DNA of 61,762 bases, the filler included, from Circinaria calcarea (taxonomy: Eukaryota), in NCBI GenBank assembly GCA_051942165.1. It is 5 parts of 5 records of this genome, joined end to end, with 100 filler letters (N's around TTAATTAATTAA, not from the genome) between each part and the next. Parts side by side here need not be neighbours in the genome. Positions count along the whole stretch, not along the records: positions 24,772 to 37,046 come from JAVECS010000588.1; positions 37,147 to 49,412 come from JAVECS010000589.1; 3 more parts are not named here. One strand, given 5' to 3'. The notes beneath the pieces are model-generated. The model was given only the letters and a program-made list of their open reading frames with translations. It was not told the origin of the DNA and made no database searches. Below, piece after piece: positions 34,301 to 47,263 of the stretch. Within the stretch, counting starts at the first letter, position 1. Each line of letters begins with the position of its first letter. Position numbers and translations under genes: made by a program.

Positions 34301-34577
34301 CGAAAGGAGCTTGATGGCAAATTCCGGCAAGCTCAACGGCGAGCCGCTCAGATAGTGGTAGTCCGATTATTCCAAGACCATGAACATGCAGGCCAGGGTT
34401 GGCAGAATGAGGAAGTGAGCCAGAAGTTGCAAATGAGCCAGTTTCATGTTTGTGGATGGCGTGAAGGAGCTCTAGCAGTTGGTCCTTGATATCTTGGGTA
34501 TCGAGGTCGGCAATATCATTATTTGAATTTGACTCCTGACACCGTGAACTATTGCCCTGATTGATGGCTCTTGACAT
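31346..34577 (-). CDS. Large 2OG-Fe(II) dioxygenase-domain protein, 5 exons, with a C-terminal CxCxxC module
   Basis: Spliced LYKMLLYEKGAFFERHTDSEK (HxD across intron 34077-34029), MFGTLVIALPSSHTGG, WYADVEHAVASITSGYRLVLTYNL (distal H and R). C-terminal GCGCTDCQSLDRFLVDP...RRRHLE...PYTLVITK. Introns join in phase. Confidence 0.85.
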
Positions 34578-34966
34578 TTTGTTTATTCAACTGACCATGG
34601 AGAATATAATCAAACTTGAGTTTGCCGTTTGGACATGAAAAGAGATGATACATTGATTCATGCATATCACGGAAAGTCACGCTAAACGCGTCGGTAATAA
34701 ACAGACCAGCCCTAACTCGACTGTGCGCCTAGCCGGACAGGGTAAACTATTATCCGGGTATCCCGCTGTTAGGGCTAAGCGGCGGGAAGGCTGTCCAATA
34801 GAAATTGACTGAGCACGCGACCCTCAAGCTGAGGACCCCTGCCGACGTAATTTCCCGTCCTCATCCATCCGTCAGCAAATATTCGAAAACCTTCAGCAAT
34901 ATATCGAGGTAGAAGGCTCTAAGATAGAAGCCCAAATACCAGCCCACAATACCAGGTCAAGGAGGA
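34578..34966. promoter_or_regulatory. Compact bidirectional promoter (2OG dioxygenase / ceramide synthase) with MCB-type ACGCGT and inverted AGCCCTAAC / GTTAGGGCT sites
   Basis: 389 bp between divergent ATGs. ACGCGT at 34686-34691. 9-bp inverted pair near 34708 and 34767. Confidence 0.4.
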
Positions 34967-36508
34967 ATGCCACGACCACCGCGGAAATCCAGCGGCCTCG
35001 GCGCTGACATCCGAGGAGACACTAGTGCGCCAGCAGTATCAACCCTAGAGCCCATGCCTACAGTCCTTTCGCCTCAACTGTCGCCAGTATGCATACCCCC
35101 GAGCCTTTGAAGAGTTGACTGCTGAGTGTCTGAACTCCCACAGCGCAATTCCGAAAGCAAAATCTCCCGTCCTCACTCCAAACGGCGAAAAGCACGCAGC
35201 TTTCTACGCCGATGGAAAGATCTCTCCTTTCGCCATACCTGGGTCAATCCTCTCATCCTCATCACAATCATCTTATCCGCCTACTTCGTCAACCCGACTC
35301 CCGACAATCCCTTCCACAGCGCCATATTCCTTTCCTACCCCCTCCCGCAATCCCACCCCTTTATCCCCGCCGATGCGCCCCGCGGTCCCAACGCGCGCAC
35401 TTACTATAGCAAAGGGTCCCGTGATTTTGCCTTTGTTGCTTTCTACATCATCGTCCTCTCATTCACCCGCGAGTTCCTTATGCAGCGTCTAATTCGTCCG
35501 TTCGCCAGTTATTGCGGTATCCGCTCGCGCGCCAAGCAATCTCGTTTCATGGAGCAGGTTTATACCGCCATGTACTTTAGCATCTTCGGTCCCTTTGGTC
35601 TATACATCATGTCCCGCACACCTGTATGGTACTTTAATACGGCAGGGATGTTTGAGAACTACCCGCACCGATCACACGAGGGCTTATTCAAAGCTTATTA
35701 TTTACTTCAAGCCAGCTATTGGGCGCAGCAAGCAATTGTCCTTTGTTTGCTGCTCGAGAAACCCAGGAAGGATTTCAAGGAGCTAGTGGGACATCATATA
35801 ATCACTCTAGCATTGATTTGGTTGAGTTATCGCTTCCACTTTACATATATGGGTTTGGCCGTCTATATTACGCATGACATTAGCGATTTCTTCCTTGCAG
35901 TAAGTGCCTCTTCATTCTCCCACCCCAGATGGACCTACTTCATTCCCATCTTACTTCCTTTCTCGCCCTCGCCCCTTCTCTTTTGCCATCGCAAAGCTAA
36001 CCCACTCCTCCCATAGACCTCCAAAACCCTCAACTACCTCACCTCCCCACTTACAGTCCCCTACTTCTCCCTCTTCATCGGCGTCTGGGTCTACCTCCGC
36101 CACTACATCAACCTGGTAATCCTCACCTCCATCCTCACCACCTTCTCCACCATCGGTCCCTTTGACCTCAACTGGGAGACCCAACAGTACAAGTGTCGTC
36201 TCAGCCAAGTCATCACCTTTTCGCTGCTGGCGTGCCTGCAAGCCATCAACTTGTTATGGCTGTATTTTATTGTGAAGGTTGCCACGAACGTAGTGTTTGC
36301 GAAGAAGGTGGCAGATGTACGGAGTGATGCGGAGGAAGAGGAGGAGGTAGTGATGGTAGAAGCGAGAGAGGCGATGGAGAAGGTTGAAGGGTTACCGATG
36401 GAGAATGGGATGAATGGGATGAATGGGAGAGGGAATGGGATAAGTGGTAGGGGAGGGATCAATGGGAAGGTCAAGGGTGGAGATGGAGAGGAGAAGAAAG
36501 ATCTATAA
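34967..36508 (+). CDS. LAG1: Ceramide synthase (TLC domain, Lag1/Lac1 family); exons 34967-35086, 35144-35899, 36017-36508
   Basis: Lag1 motif [52 protein letters not shown], acidic DVRSDAEEEEE, C-terminal KKDL. Confidence 0.93.
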
Positions 36509-36756
36509 AGAAATTTATAAAGGCTCCCGGGAACAGCCAGAAACATCGGTTTGTATATCTGCGCCACCTTGTACGAAAAAGTTTCATCATTTTCATTCCA
36601 AATTCCAACTTCTCACCACTTGCGGATCTAATGTCGATTATATCACTATATCACCACCATTTCATGTACTCGTACGGAATTCTTGCGGAGGCGGTTTCCG
36701 CAAATATTAAAGCGTGATGTTTAAATATTTCACATCTCCACACGAGAAAGATCGAT

Positions 36757-36860
36757 GGGGAGTGGGAGTGGGAGTGGGAGGGGGAAGAAAACTCAAGCTT
36801 CTTCTGATTTATTAGTCACAATCAATCATGCATGTTGCATGTTGCATGTTGCATGTGCAT
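36757..36860. repeat. Short microsatellites (GGGAGT)n and (CATGTTG)n
   Basis: gggagtgggagtgggagtgggag; catgttgcatgttgcatgttgcatg. Confidence 0.8.
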
Positions 36861-37046
36861 CCCCGTCTCTGCATCCATCCGCCTGCCTACCTCCCTTTAG
36901 TATGTAGTCTTGTTTATCTCCCTGGTTTAAACCCCTTCCCCCCCGGGGAATTAAATTAACACGTATACAATTTTCGACCGCTCCGGGACTCTTTCCCAAT
37001 CGCCAGTCCCATCCCATCCCATCCTCCATGCCCCCCCCCGTACTTT

Positions 37047-37146
37047 NNNNNNNNNNNNNNNNNNNNNNNNNNNNNNNNNNNNNNNNNNNNTTAATTAATT
37101 AANNNNNNNNNNNNNNNNNNNNNNNNNNNNNNNNNNNNNNNNNNNN
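37047..37146. other. Artificial contig-joining spacer
   Basis: 44 N + TTAATTAATTAA + 44 N. Confidence 0.99.
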
Positions 37147-38844
37147 GGGTTCGGGGGAGGTGTTGCTGGTTTTTGTTGGTATGCTATGTTATACTATGCT
37201 ATGTTATACTATATTATGCTGTGGTGTTCTATCCCATCACGCTGGTCTACGTGGGCCCTGGCCCTTTTTTTCTTCCGGGACGGAGGAGATGGTGCAGGCG
37301 GGTTTTTCCAAGGCCCCTTACTCCGGAAGACGCGGATGTGACCGTGATCGGAGGTCCGGTTTCTGGGACAAGAAGGGTACGGTAAGGGATACAGAGTTGA
37401 AGGACCCTATCGGAAGGCCAGGCTCGGGAAGCTTAGAGATGTAAACCACGGGGGCATGCAACTCTCCAACGGAAAGAACCTACAAGACCCAAGAACTGTT
37501 GCCCGAGTTTGCAGAGGAGAGAAGACGCGGGTGGGGCAGGTTGTCGGCGGAAAGGGCTGTCGAAGGACGGGGAAGAGATAGGAGGTAAATAAAAGGTAAA
37601 TGGCAAAAGGTAAAGAGGGTATCAGCTTCGCAGTCGGTTCTGGTCGGTATCGTCGTGAGGAGCCTGAGTACCATAGGGGAGAGGGTTGGTTTGTGCTCTT
37701 TAAGATAGGGTGCGATGCCGGGCCGTACCTCCATATCCTCCATTCTCCATTCAGCCCCTCAAACTTGCAAACATTCTAGAATGAGAAACTTCCTGGTGCG
37801 TGAGGTTTTCCAATGCATTTTTTTTGGGGGGGGGGGGAAAGAGAATACCCGGTGTCCGCCCCCCTCTGACCGCTTTTTCAATCGACGCTGTTGCATGGCG
37901 CTGGAGATAAAATACTAGAAATATACCAGGGATACCGTATATGAAATTTCTCTCCTCTCCTCTCCTTTCGCATCATTCCTCCAAGTTCCAAAGAAAAAAC
38001 CAAAGGCCCCCTTTGGCACTCGTGCCGTAGCAAGTTTGTTTCCCGGGGGGGGGATGGGCAGTGTGGATAAACTTTTGTATTTGGTTTTCAGCATAGCTTT
38101 TCTGCAATGGAATGAAATGGGATGGGAAGCCTAGCAGGCGAAAAGAACGAGGGGAGTTGAGGGATTGGATCTGGCGTCCCCTTGTCTTACTCTTCTCTTC
38201 TTCTCCTTTGGCACATTTCGCAACGGTAGGAATGGGAACAGGATGGGATACCAACACCACTATCAATAGCTGAAGAGTATCCCAATCCAAGCCCAACCTC
38301 AAAGCCACAATCCCAGAAACCACAATCGTACCGGCGTACCCCAGCCCCTCCTTTCCTCCTTTCCTTTCTTTCTTTTCCTCTCTTCCTCTTCCGTCCCAAG
38401 ATTCGTACTCATGCCTAAGGACTACATCGTCCGCCTCGACTACACAAATGCTCCATCACTTTTCTATCTTTATCTCTCCCACTCCCTCTCTCTGCTCCCT
38501 TTCCCACAACACCCCCCAATTCCATATCCTCCCAAGTTTAAAGTTCAGACGAAAAAAGGGACCACGCGACCCACCAACTTAATCGCGGTTCGAGATACGT
38601 GACATGATAGTAGCTGTTGCGGACATGGATAGCTAGTGTGGCGTTCGTTGCTCCCCGCGCGCGCAGTAGATGGCTTGCTGGCTGGTTTTTTTATGTTTGG
38701 AGCTGGGCTATTGGGGTAGAAGGAGGTAAAGGATGTAATGGGAGGGGAAGGTGAAGGGGGGGTCTTGGCTGGTTGATGGACGAAGGAGAGGAGGAAAGTG
38801 GGAGGAGGAGAACGGACGGTTGCGTAGGATGGAAAGCAGCGGCA

Positions 38845-39850
38845 GAGATGCTTTCGAGCTCTTAAGCTAGCCGTATCACGGTATACAAAGCTTCGATAAT
38901 GGCAAATTACTCTGGATAGGGCCGCCGTCAGTGATGGCAAACTCGACTGGACGAGGTTAATTACTTACAGCCCACACAGTTTCTTGGTCTAGCGCGGAAG
39001 AGCAACAATTTCTGTGCAAAGGTCAACCAGCAGCCCTCTAAACATACCAGCAGGTTTTCGAAGCAAGTCGTTACCCACGAGCTCTTCTCGTTCACCCATC
39101 GTTCGGGGCGGAAGTCGCTGTCCTGGACGCCGCCGATCCTCACTCCCAACCTCGGCCTCATGAAGGCTCTCTCAGAATCGCTTTGGAGGGACTCGGCTTG
39201 TTCCAACAACTGTATCGACTCGCCGAACATAACGTCAGTGGCGATGTCTGCGGTTAGGCGCGGGAAAAAGTCTCCCAAGTTGACCATGGATCCATCGCGT
39301 GGCAGAGCTTGGATAAGATCGATGATGTGGACCTCGAGCATAGGAAGGTCGTCAGCGTGACTTCCTACAAAGCTCGGGCGGATTAGAGCTCGGAATGCTC
39401 CCAATGTGTCCCATTAGATAGGATGATGCAGTTTCCCAGGAGTGGGAAGAAAGCCTCCTTTCGCATCGAACCGGTCTCGTAGTGTCTAAAATTAGTGGTC
39501 ATAAAGGCCTTGACGTTCTCCGGCTCAATGATTCGGACCGTCTGTGAGGTCAAGAGCTTCGAGGAAAATGTCTTTGCACAAAGCAGGTACTGACGTTGTA
39601 TCCGGTCCGAGTAGGGCTTGAACTTGGCCGCGTCTATACCAGCCTTGATGGCGTCAAGAGCAAGAGAGGGTTGGTATAGGGATATTTGGTTGAGGGTTTG
39701 AAACCATATTGCTGAATGAGCTTCTGGCGCCCTTCTGTGGATTGAGGTTTACTGGTAAAGCCGATGTGAGATAGCAGCAACAAAGGCCCCAAGGAGGAGA
39801 TAAGACAGATAGGAGAGTCCAGAGTCTACTGTTTCTATGAATATGGCAGT
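38845..39850 (-). pseudogene. Cytochrome P450 (CYP52 clan-like) pseudogene with a large internal deletion
   Basis: IIEPENVKAFMTTNF...FFPLLGNCIILSNGTHWEHS/RALIRPSF...FFPRLTADIATDVMFGESI jumps almost directly to DFRPERW and a degenerate heme motif FRARPRNCVG, then *FAIIEALYTVIRLA*ELESI. Frameshifts and TAA stops; I and K helices are missing. Confidence 0.85.
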
Positions 39851-41125
39851 GACTTCCAGTATAGGTTTCTCTCAAGCAAATACTCGAATGACGAAACGCT
39901 GCTTGATTGCATACGATCTGGAGAGACTAACGCATCGCAAATGGGACAATTCAGGCGTGCAAATCTCTATGGAGCAGTTTCCGGCAAGGATCCCCGGCCC
40001 CATCCATTAGGTATGTATCATTTACGGCGATAGGTAGTATGCAGTCCTATATTTTGATTAGGGCAAAGTGAGCCATCCTTGCCGTATGTATGGCGCTAGT
40101 GGAGGGCGTGGAGAGCAAGGCAGAACGTAAGCATGAATAGCTGAAGCAATTCACTTGCATGAGATCGTCGTGTCTATGGCACAGCAAAGAGAGCAAGGGG
40201 TGATGGCCATGGGATCGCCTTGTTGGTGGCGCCGTTCACAGGAAATAGCGTCGAGCGTAGAGGTGCTGCAGATACGCCAGGGCGGCGTAAAGGGGTAGCC
40301 TTGTCTCGGTACATTAGCAGTCAAGGAGTATCAATGCATCAAGAGGGCATCGCTCCAACCATATTGTCCATGTGCGCCTTTATGTGCCACTTGCGGGGCA
40401 GAGAACAGAGTGCATCTGCAGGGAATCTGCCATGACAGTCTCAGTCGGATCAGCAGAGTGGATGTTGAGCCGTATAGGAATATCCCAGAACTATTGGTAG
40501 CGGGGATAGAGGTATGACTGCCTACGTTGATTTTTATCCATCGCAATAAAGCACGTTCCACAGCATCTGATGTGATGGTAACCCTGTTACAACTCCTGAG
40601 GGGCCTTTTCTATTTGACAGGGCCTGAAATCATTATGGGCTCTAGTCATTCAAAGCCCATCATTACGTTCTTGATTTATAACCTAAGAGTCGCCCCTTAA
40701 ACTCCTCGTCCATCTCTAACTTATAGATATAGTGGGGTGAAGGAGGAGGATTCAACTCATGGAAACCCACAAACGATAAAGTGCTTCTGGTCACGTTGTG
40801 CCTGAGCATTGAAAAGAGTAATTGAATGAGCTGAAGATATCGAATTGCTATGGGCTTATGGCCCTCTTTATGATAGTCATGACCTATAGCTTGCTCACTT
40901 GATGTAGAGCAGCAAATGAATGAATAAAGGTTTCCCCAAAATAAAACCTGCGGGAATGCTCTGCATAGAGCACGTTGATTCTCAGAACTTCTGCATGAAT
41001 CCAGCACTTTCCACTACATTCCAACAAGAAATGTATCGTAAACCAATGAAACTTCGAGGATAGATCGATTACACAGGTTGCTCACCGTCTCGTTTTACTA
41101 GGCTTAGACCCTCACAACCACCTCT

Positions 41126-42631
41126 TCAGTTTAGCAATACTGTCCCTCTGGTTCCAGGCAAAGCCCAACTTTCCAAATCGTAGGTTGCGGGTGTTGCTCG
41201 CTCCTCCACAGTGGTCGTTCTGCTCAGAGAGACTGTTGCCCCTATGGTACCAGTTTTTAGCGGCTGATCTTGCATACGGCGTTCGCTCAGTTCCAAATAT
41301 CCGCCATTCGGTGACTGTTCTTGAGGTTTACTCCAGGAGGGTATAAGCCCTCCGGATTTGCCATCAGAAGATTTAGTCCATGTGCCTAAGAGTTTTCCCA
41401 CATAACTACCACGAAATTGGCTTGCAACTCTAGGGCCAAAGTGGGTAAAGAAACGAGGCAGTACGGGTAGGTTCGCACATAAGATGCCACTGGCAATTTC
41501 TGCGGTCCTACAAACTGTGAGTAGAGCTGTTTCGTAAAGGAAGCGTTAAAATATAGAGAACCACGTACGTGCATATACCCACTTGGACCAATGTATATGT
41601 TGCGTCCTTGCTGCCAATATTTCTGATACTAAAAACCAGGTGTAGGATGCTAGTAACACAGGCGCTATAAGAAGTTAACTTTCGGCTCTAATATCAACCT
41701 CCATCATACGTTTAAAGCTGATGAAAAGGGAAGGGGATATACCATATACCAACAGCGAAAACCGCAGTAACACCTAACTTTCGAGACCGGGACATCTGCA
41801 GCTTCCAAATCCAGGCCATAGGCAGTAACAGCATAGAAATATCCGAGATCATATTAAATACAGCAGTAAAAACTATATAAAGCTCATAGTTAACACATCG
41901 TCCGGGCAGATATGGCTTCCAAGCCTTATTTCTTGGTGTGCATTTAAACACTGAAACCAAAAACACTGCAATAAACCAAAGAAGATTAATCCAAATAAAT
42001 GCTTGGACGACGTAAAACGATTTGCTGGAGCGGTGAGGGATGAAGATCCGGATGAACTGTAAAAAAATAGACAATTTCGTAAGGAATATCACAGGCGGGT
42101 ATAAAAGCTCCATAACGTTTCCCAACTATATTTAACGGCTTTCATCAGTCTTATTATCTTTCGCCTGTTTCATTCTATAGTTGATTGGAAGTTGAAATAT
42201 ATATACCTTCGCGAAGGGAATTAGGTTCTCCAATGGTACATCCCATTGATGAATACCTGCACCATACTTCAATATGAACATGCCGACCGCGACTGTTGGT
42301 ATATAACCCAACTAAAGAACCATTTTTAGCTGACTGGGAGAAAACTTATAAAGGGGCTTTACCTGTGCGGTATATGAAGTATCTAGCCCCGTAAGTTAGC
42401 AGGTGGCCCTAAATTGATGGGCCACAGTTGCATACAATCTTCCCATCCAGAGGACCTGATAATGAAGCACTTTGTATATACTCGTAAGACCGAGGAGGTT
42501 GTTGTAAGAACAAGACAAAGCACAGCAGTTACAATCATTACTGACTGAAGAGAGTGAGGGTTGACAGAGCTCGGAATCACGCCTGGTGAAGGTGACAAGC
42601 CTTCCACAAGCTCGGAGCTGGATTTATCCAT
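41126..42631 (-). CDS. Pth11-like (CFEM-less) integral membrane receptor, multi-exon
   Basis: LRVYTKCFIIRSSGWED, YGAGIHQWDVP, TKLSIFLQFIRIF, CTPRNKAWKPYLPGRC, NMISDISMLLLPMAWIWKLQMSRSRKLGV, TAEIASGILCANLPVLPRFF, separated by short GT-AG introns. Confidence 0.88.
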
Positions 42632-43009
42632 GTTCGGTAACTCAGGTTGTCGATAGAGCTGTGCTAGTGAAGCTAGTACTAATGATATGGGATTTTAGAT
42701 TATATATTTGGTTCGCAATAGAAGATTGAGAGCCCAACAATCCCATGCATCGAATTGATAATTTGATAACCGGGGACCGTCAGATTTAGTGAGCTGACAG
42801 TACTCAGCCGTATTGTGACGGGGACGGGAAGTCCTTGCATTGTAGAGTGCATCAGAACGCTTATTAATCCCCTAGCACTATTCTAGTACCAAGGCGTATT
42901 TTCGGTGGCTTGTGCCTTAATGATGTGTTGCATGAAGATTAAGGGTCTACTCTGCCAGCTAAGCCCTTTTAATTTTCGAGGGAGGTGGTTGGTAAGCTGC
43001 AGGTCGTGG

Positions 43010-43100
43010 CAGTGCAGCTGTCAGCACCGCCAGTAGGCAAATGGCACAGTGCAGCTTGTCAGCACCGTTAGTAGGCAAATGGCACAGTGCAGCTTATCAG
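43010..43100. repeat. 37-38-bp non-coding tandem repeat (2.4 copies) upstream of the Pth11-like gene
   Basis: CAGTGCAGCT(T)GTCAGCACCG(CC/TT)AGTAGGCAAATGGCA units start at 43010, 43047 and 43085. Confidence 0.85.
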
Positions 43101-44717
43101 TCTTATCGGAGGCGAATGGTACTAATATGAGATTACAGCTTGAGGCTGAAATAACAACAATACGTCCTTTTAATACGGTCCAAGAAATAATTATTCCCAA
43201 TCACAACACCTAGTAGCCGCTAGTACAATAATGATCTCTGCTGTCGTAATGAAATAATGACCTTTTTTATGGAATTATCCTTGGATCTTTGCAGAGTAGT
43301 GGCCAGACTACTATGCGCCTATGTCTAAAAAACTCGGCTAAAACGGGCCTTGCAACAAAAAAAAAAAAAAAATACCGACACACATCATTTTGATCAAGGA
43401 CAAGATAATCTTGGAGAGGCTGTACTTTAAAATCACTCATCCACAAAGTATGCACCCGCCTGGCCCGGTAAAATGGCCACGGCTCGTACTAGTAACTATT
43501 TACGGCGTACAGATAAGCATGCCATCCCAGCTCGGAACAACAGTGCTCCCAGCTAATCGATACCTCGTCTGCAAGGCTCCGCCGGCATGGCTTTACATAG
43601 CTCCATTGCACACCCACAACGGAGCTATGTTATACTAGTGAACCTAGTGTGGACCAATACGAGAGCACGCTTTTACAGTACTAGGCTTAGCTTATCGAGG
43701 CCGAGCATAACAAACTTCCAACAAAGTTTTGCTAAAACCCCCAAGTGAAAGGTTTCACAATGCGCCAAGACGCCAGCTAAACGAGGTATCGCCACCCCCT
43801 AAGCGTAGAGCCTGACACTTTGCTATTCCGGGAATATGCAATTCCACACACCAAGTTGCAATTTCAGACCCCACCCCCAAATATTTAGTGATTGACCTTC
43901 TGTTAGTGGAAGGTGACTATTGTTAAGGTCACGGCGGAAAGCCGCTGTCCACTGCCGCCCTACGTGCACCCCTATAATAGAGAATCTAGATTCTGCACAA
44001 ATCTTCCTATTGGCGTCGTAGAGGCTTTCCGACTTTGACTGATATTCTATTTCAATTTCTTCACTTAATATTGTACATAGTTCCGTTCTATGGCAGACGA
44101 CCTGTGTGATCATCCAGTACCTTTTATCCTGAATTAGTTGCCTTCTACCCTGACTATCATCAAGGAAATCTATCCCTTTCCGACCTCTTCTAGCATCCGC
44201 GCTGGTGAGCCAAATTTAGCATTACCGACCCAGAAGGTCGCAGATCCTCAACGGAACGTGCTTGGGATGGGCTTTCCACCAAGCGACTGGCTGGATATCA
44301 CCAACTGGGCCCGACCGGACTCCCTACATTCCCCGAACGCTTTCGCGTCTCCCCAGCGACTCTCTTTGGCGCCCCCCAAAGGAACATGGGGGCCTATCGA
44401 GCTGGGGCCCATGTAAATGCATAGGTCAAGAGGTAGTGTATTTGGAAATGAAGAGTGTCATGGCCTTGACAGTCTGTGAATGAGACTCAAACCGGGTAAG
44501 GGACCACAGACAGTGAATTGGGAGAGGGCGTATCAGGTTCACTTGGGTGCCTGCTCAACCAGTTGATGCTAGGACTTTGGTCGGCTATCGTAAGCTGTTC
44601 CATAATCACTACCGCAATCAGCTTGCACCAGATTATGTAACTCTCCTATCTTGCTAGACTTGATTCTCAATCTCACTATGCGGTTCTTATACTGAAGAAT
44701 CTATTCTTTCTCAGAGA

Positions 44718-45517
44718 TGACAATAACAGCTGGCAGCCTTTATGTGCAAACTAGGCAGAGGTCTGGAGAACAGGTCCCAGCATTCCCTTGATGGAATGAT
44801 TTGGAGTTGAATGTCTCCCGGAACACCGATATAAGAAACGCCATATCTTTGCGGATACCAAGGGGAACAGCGGCAAACGAGCATTTGTGTACGGACCTGG
44901 TGAAGTCACCGGAGCTCAATCCTCCCTCGAGATTCTTGAAGGTGCTTAAATGAACTAGGCACGATGGTTGTCACATACCGACTGGTGTATGGAGGAAGTA
45001 AAAGAGGAATCGTCACCCTTCCTGAATACGGCAGAGTTGAAGCGTGAACCGTTTAGAAGATTTGCCATCCTACCGGTAAGAAGTTGTCCACGCTGATTTC
45101 GAAGAAGGGCGGTAATGGCGAATTGGTAAGAAATCATGAAAATCCCTGGATAAGAGAACGAGGGCAAGCTGATAATGGCGGATATGACCGGTAGGGCATT
45201 CGCCGACACGCTAATCATCGCACGAGTCGACCCTTGATTTCATCCCTTAGGGAGCGGATACAGTGTTTAACTTGGCGACTGAATATTGCCATGCAGGAGA
45301 CGCTGTTGACTATGCAATCCACCGCATCGAACTCGATGTCGAGTTTCTGGATGTAAAGAGCCCTTCGAGGCCGGACATGACGGTGGAGAGCCTTGGAATT
45401 TGCTTTGGATTTGCCAGTGCAAACATCAGCAACCTTAAAGTAAAAGCGGTTCCGTTTAAAATACTAGAAGAACACTGTTTGGCATATGAGTATGAAGATA
45501 GCGAAATGATTGCATGA
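44718..45517 (+). pseudogene. Possible degraded gene relic, family unknown
   Basis: Protein-like fragments in shifting frames, ending in TVFNLATEYCHAGDAVDYAIHRIELDVEFLDV...FKILEEHCLAYEYEDSEMIA*. Confidence 0.3.
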
Positions 45518-45919
45518 TGCATAGATCCTATAGGGAATCATCTCTCTGGTTATGAACAATCATTCTTCTTTCTAGAACTTCGTTGAGATCTTAGCAATTC
45601 GAGCAACTGGTTTTTGGACCACGTGATTTGACCAAACACAATGGATTAGCCTAATCAAATCAGTATTAATATTTGCTTGCGGCAAAAGTTTCATCATGTT
45701 TTCCCTTTGACTCACATAATCACAAACGTTCACTGCCTACTCGCTTCACGCGGGTAGGGCTGTCGTCCATCTGTTCATAATTCATCAATCGTTTAACTCT
45801 TCAGTGTCGCTCAGAGATAAGCAAGGTTGATTCCTGTTCTCGAGCACTTCAACTTCTGTCCAATCATTCAAAGTTGTGACACATTCATACAATAGACCTG
45901 CAAGGAGTTACGAATCAAA

Positions 45920-46515
45920 ATGTCAGGGTACACCCAAAGTGGCAATCGGAGTAAGAAATTCAAGGAACTCACTATGGCGGTAGAGCTGACACTTTGCTAG
46001 ATCAATGGCCTACCTCAAAACTCCGTAGTCACTATACCTTGGAGCATGAAGTTTTTGTCGCCTATCTCCATCGCGCCGGTCTCTCAGACGCAAAGATAGG
46101 GGAGTTGTTGCTGAAAACCTTTCCAAACGTAATCGAGGTACTGCCTGGAGGAGATCCGAACAGTCAACTAGAAGCTGTGACTGGCTGTAAGAATTCTCAT
46201 CCAGGTGGTCCGGAGATCAACTGACGTTTGAAGGGGTGGGATTACGCAATTCACGGTGGTGCCCGGGGGTAAATACAGGTATATCCTTCCCATCACCAAT
46301 GCTAGGTGATAATGGTACTGACGGCAGGTTTAGAGAAGGAAACCTTGCTGCAATACCCATGGGGTCGGGCTGCGTTTGAAGCGTATGGTACTGTATCATC
46401 TCCCGAGCCAAACCAGGGTCTTGGGCAAGCTCCCGAACCGACCTGGGAGTCTGCGCCAGCTGCCGAATCGCATTGGGATCCTCCAACGACTTCCGATTCC
46501 AATCAAGAGTGGTGA
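45920..46515 (+). CDS. Orphan 149-aa protein, 4 exons (45920-45950, 46001-46186, 46234-46278, 46328-46515); possible HTH/Myb-like N-terminal domain
   Basis: Three short introns, each with a GT donor, CTGAC branch point and AG acceptor, all phase 1, total 450 nt with no internal stop. YTLEHEVFVAYLHRAGLSDAKIGELLLKTFP. Confidence 0.7.
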
Positions 46516-47263
46516 TCACTAAAGAAGTCTTGACTTCTGATTTGAAAGACTCTGGTATCAAGAAAGAGAAGCGATTGAGTAGCATCGGAAGTTACTGTGG
46601 AACTCTGCGGCACGAAAACAGATGGAATCGATAAAGTGAGTAGGAATAGTCGTCTACCTGAGAGAAAAGGCTTAATACAGCGTCTCGTCTTACTTGAGTG
46701 AAGGTGTGGTGCGAGCAATAGGAGTAATGCAGATTCGCCAGATTACCTCGTTGACCTGCCACCATAGATGACATCTGTCATGGCTGGAGATCTTCTGCCA
46801 GTTGATTCTCACGCCTCGCCGTATTCCCTGAAAGGTCTCTCATCTGTGGGCATCCCGTGATCTACGCAGCTTGACTGCTCTTGAAAAGCGGTATGAGGTA
46901 TAAAAGTAGAAGCTGCCGGGGACGGAGCATGTCAGACGCTGGATGGCTTATCACATGTATCCCATCTGTATATTAGACCTACATGGAGCTGTAGACGTGA
47001 CTCTATGTTTTTCACCTTCATCGGGAACGTGTTTGTTCACTGACCTCGATCGTTTGGGAATGCCAAGGCGGCATTCCGATCTAACTTGATTTGGCCATAT
47101 GGAAAACAGTTAAAGTTTGAAGGTCACGTTCAGTCATCCTCACAGTGATCAGGCACGTTCAATTGCATCATGTCCTTCAGCATCCCTCTCATAATATTGT
47201 CTCATCTGTACGGTGGTGCTGCAAAAGAACTTGTGGAGGTTTTCTCATCTTGTATCACCGAGA

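Noticed and set aside
37147..38800. Short ORFs at the start of contig 4
   Set aside because: Low-complexity purine/pyrimidine tracts and microsatellites; I could not build a consistent spliced model.
46217..46585. 122-aa minus-strand ORF
   Set aside because: Overlaps the plus-strand four-exon gene, which has coherent splice signals; no recognisable motif.
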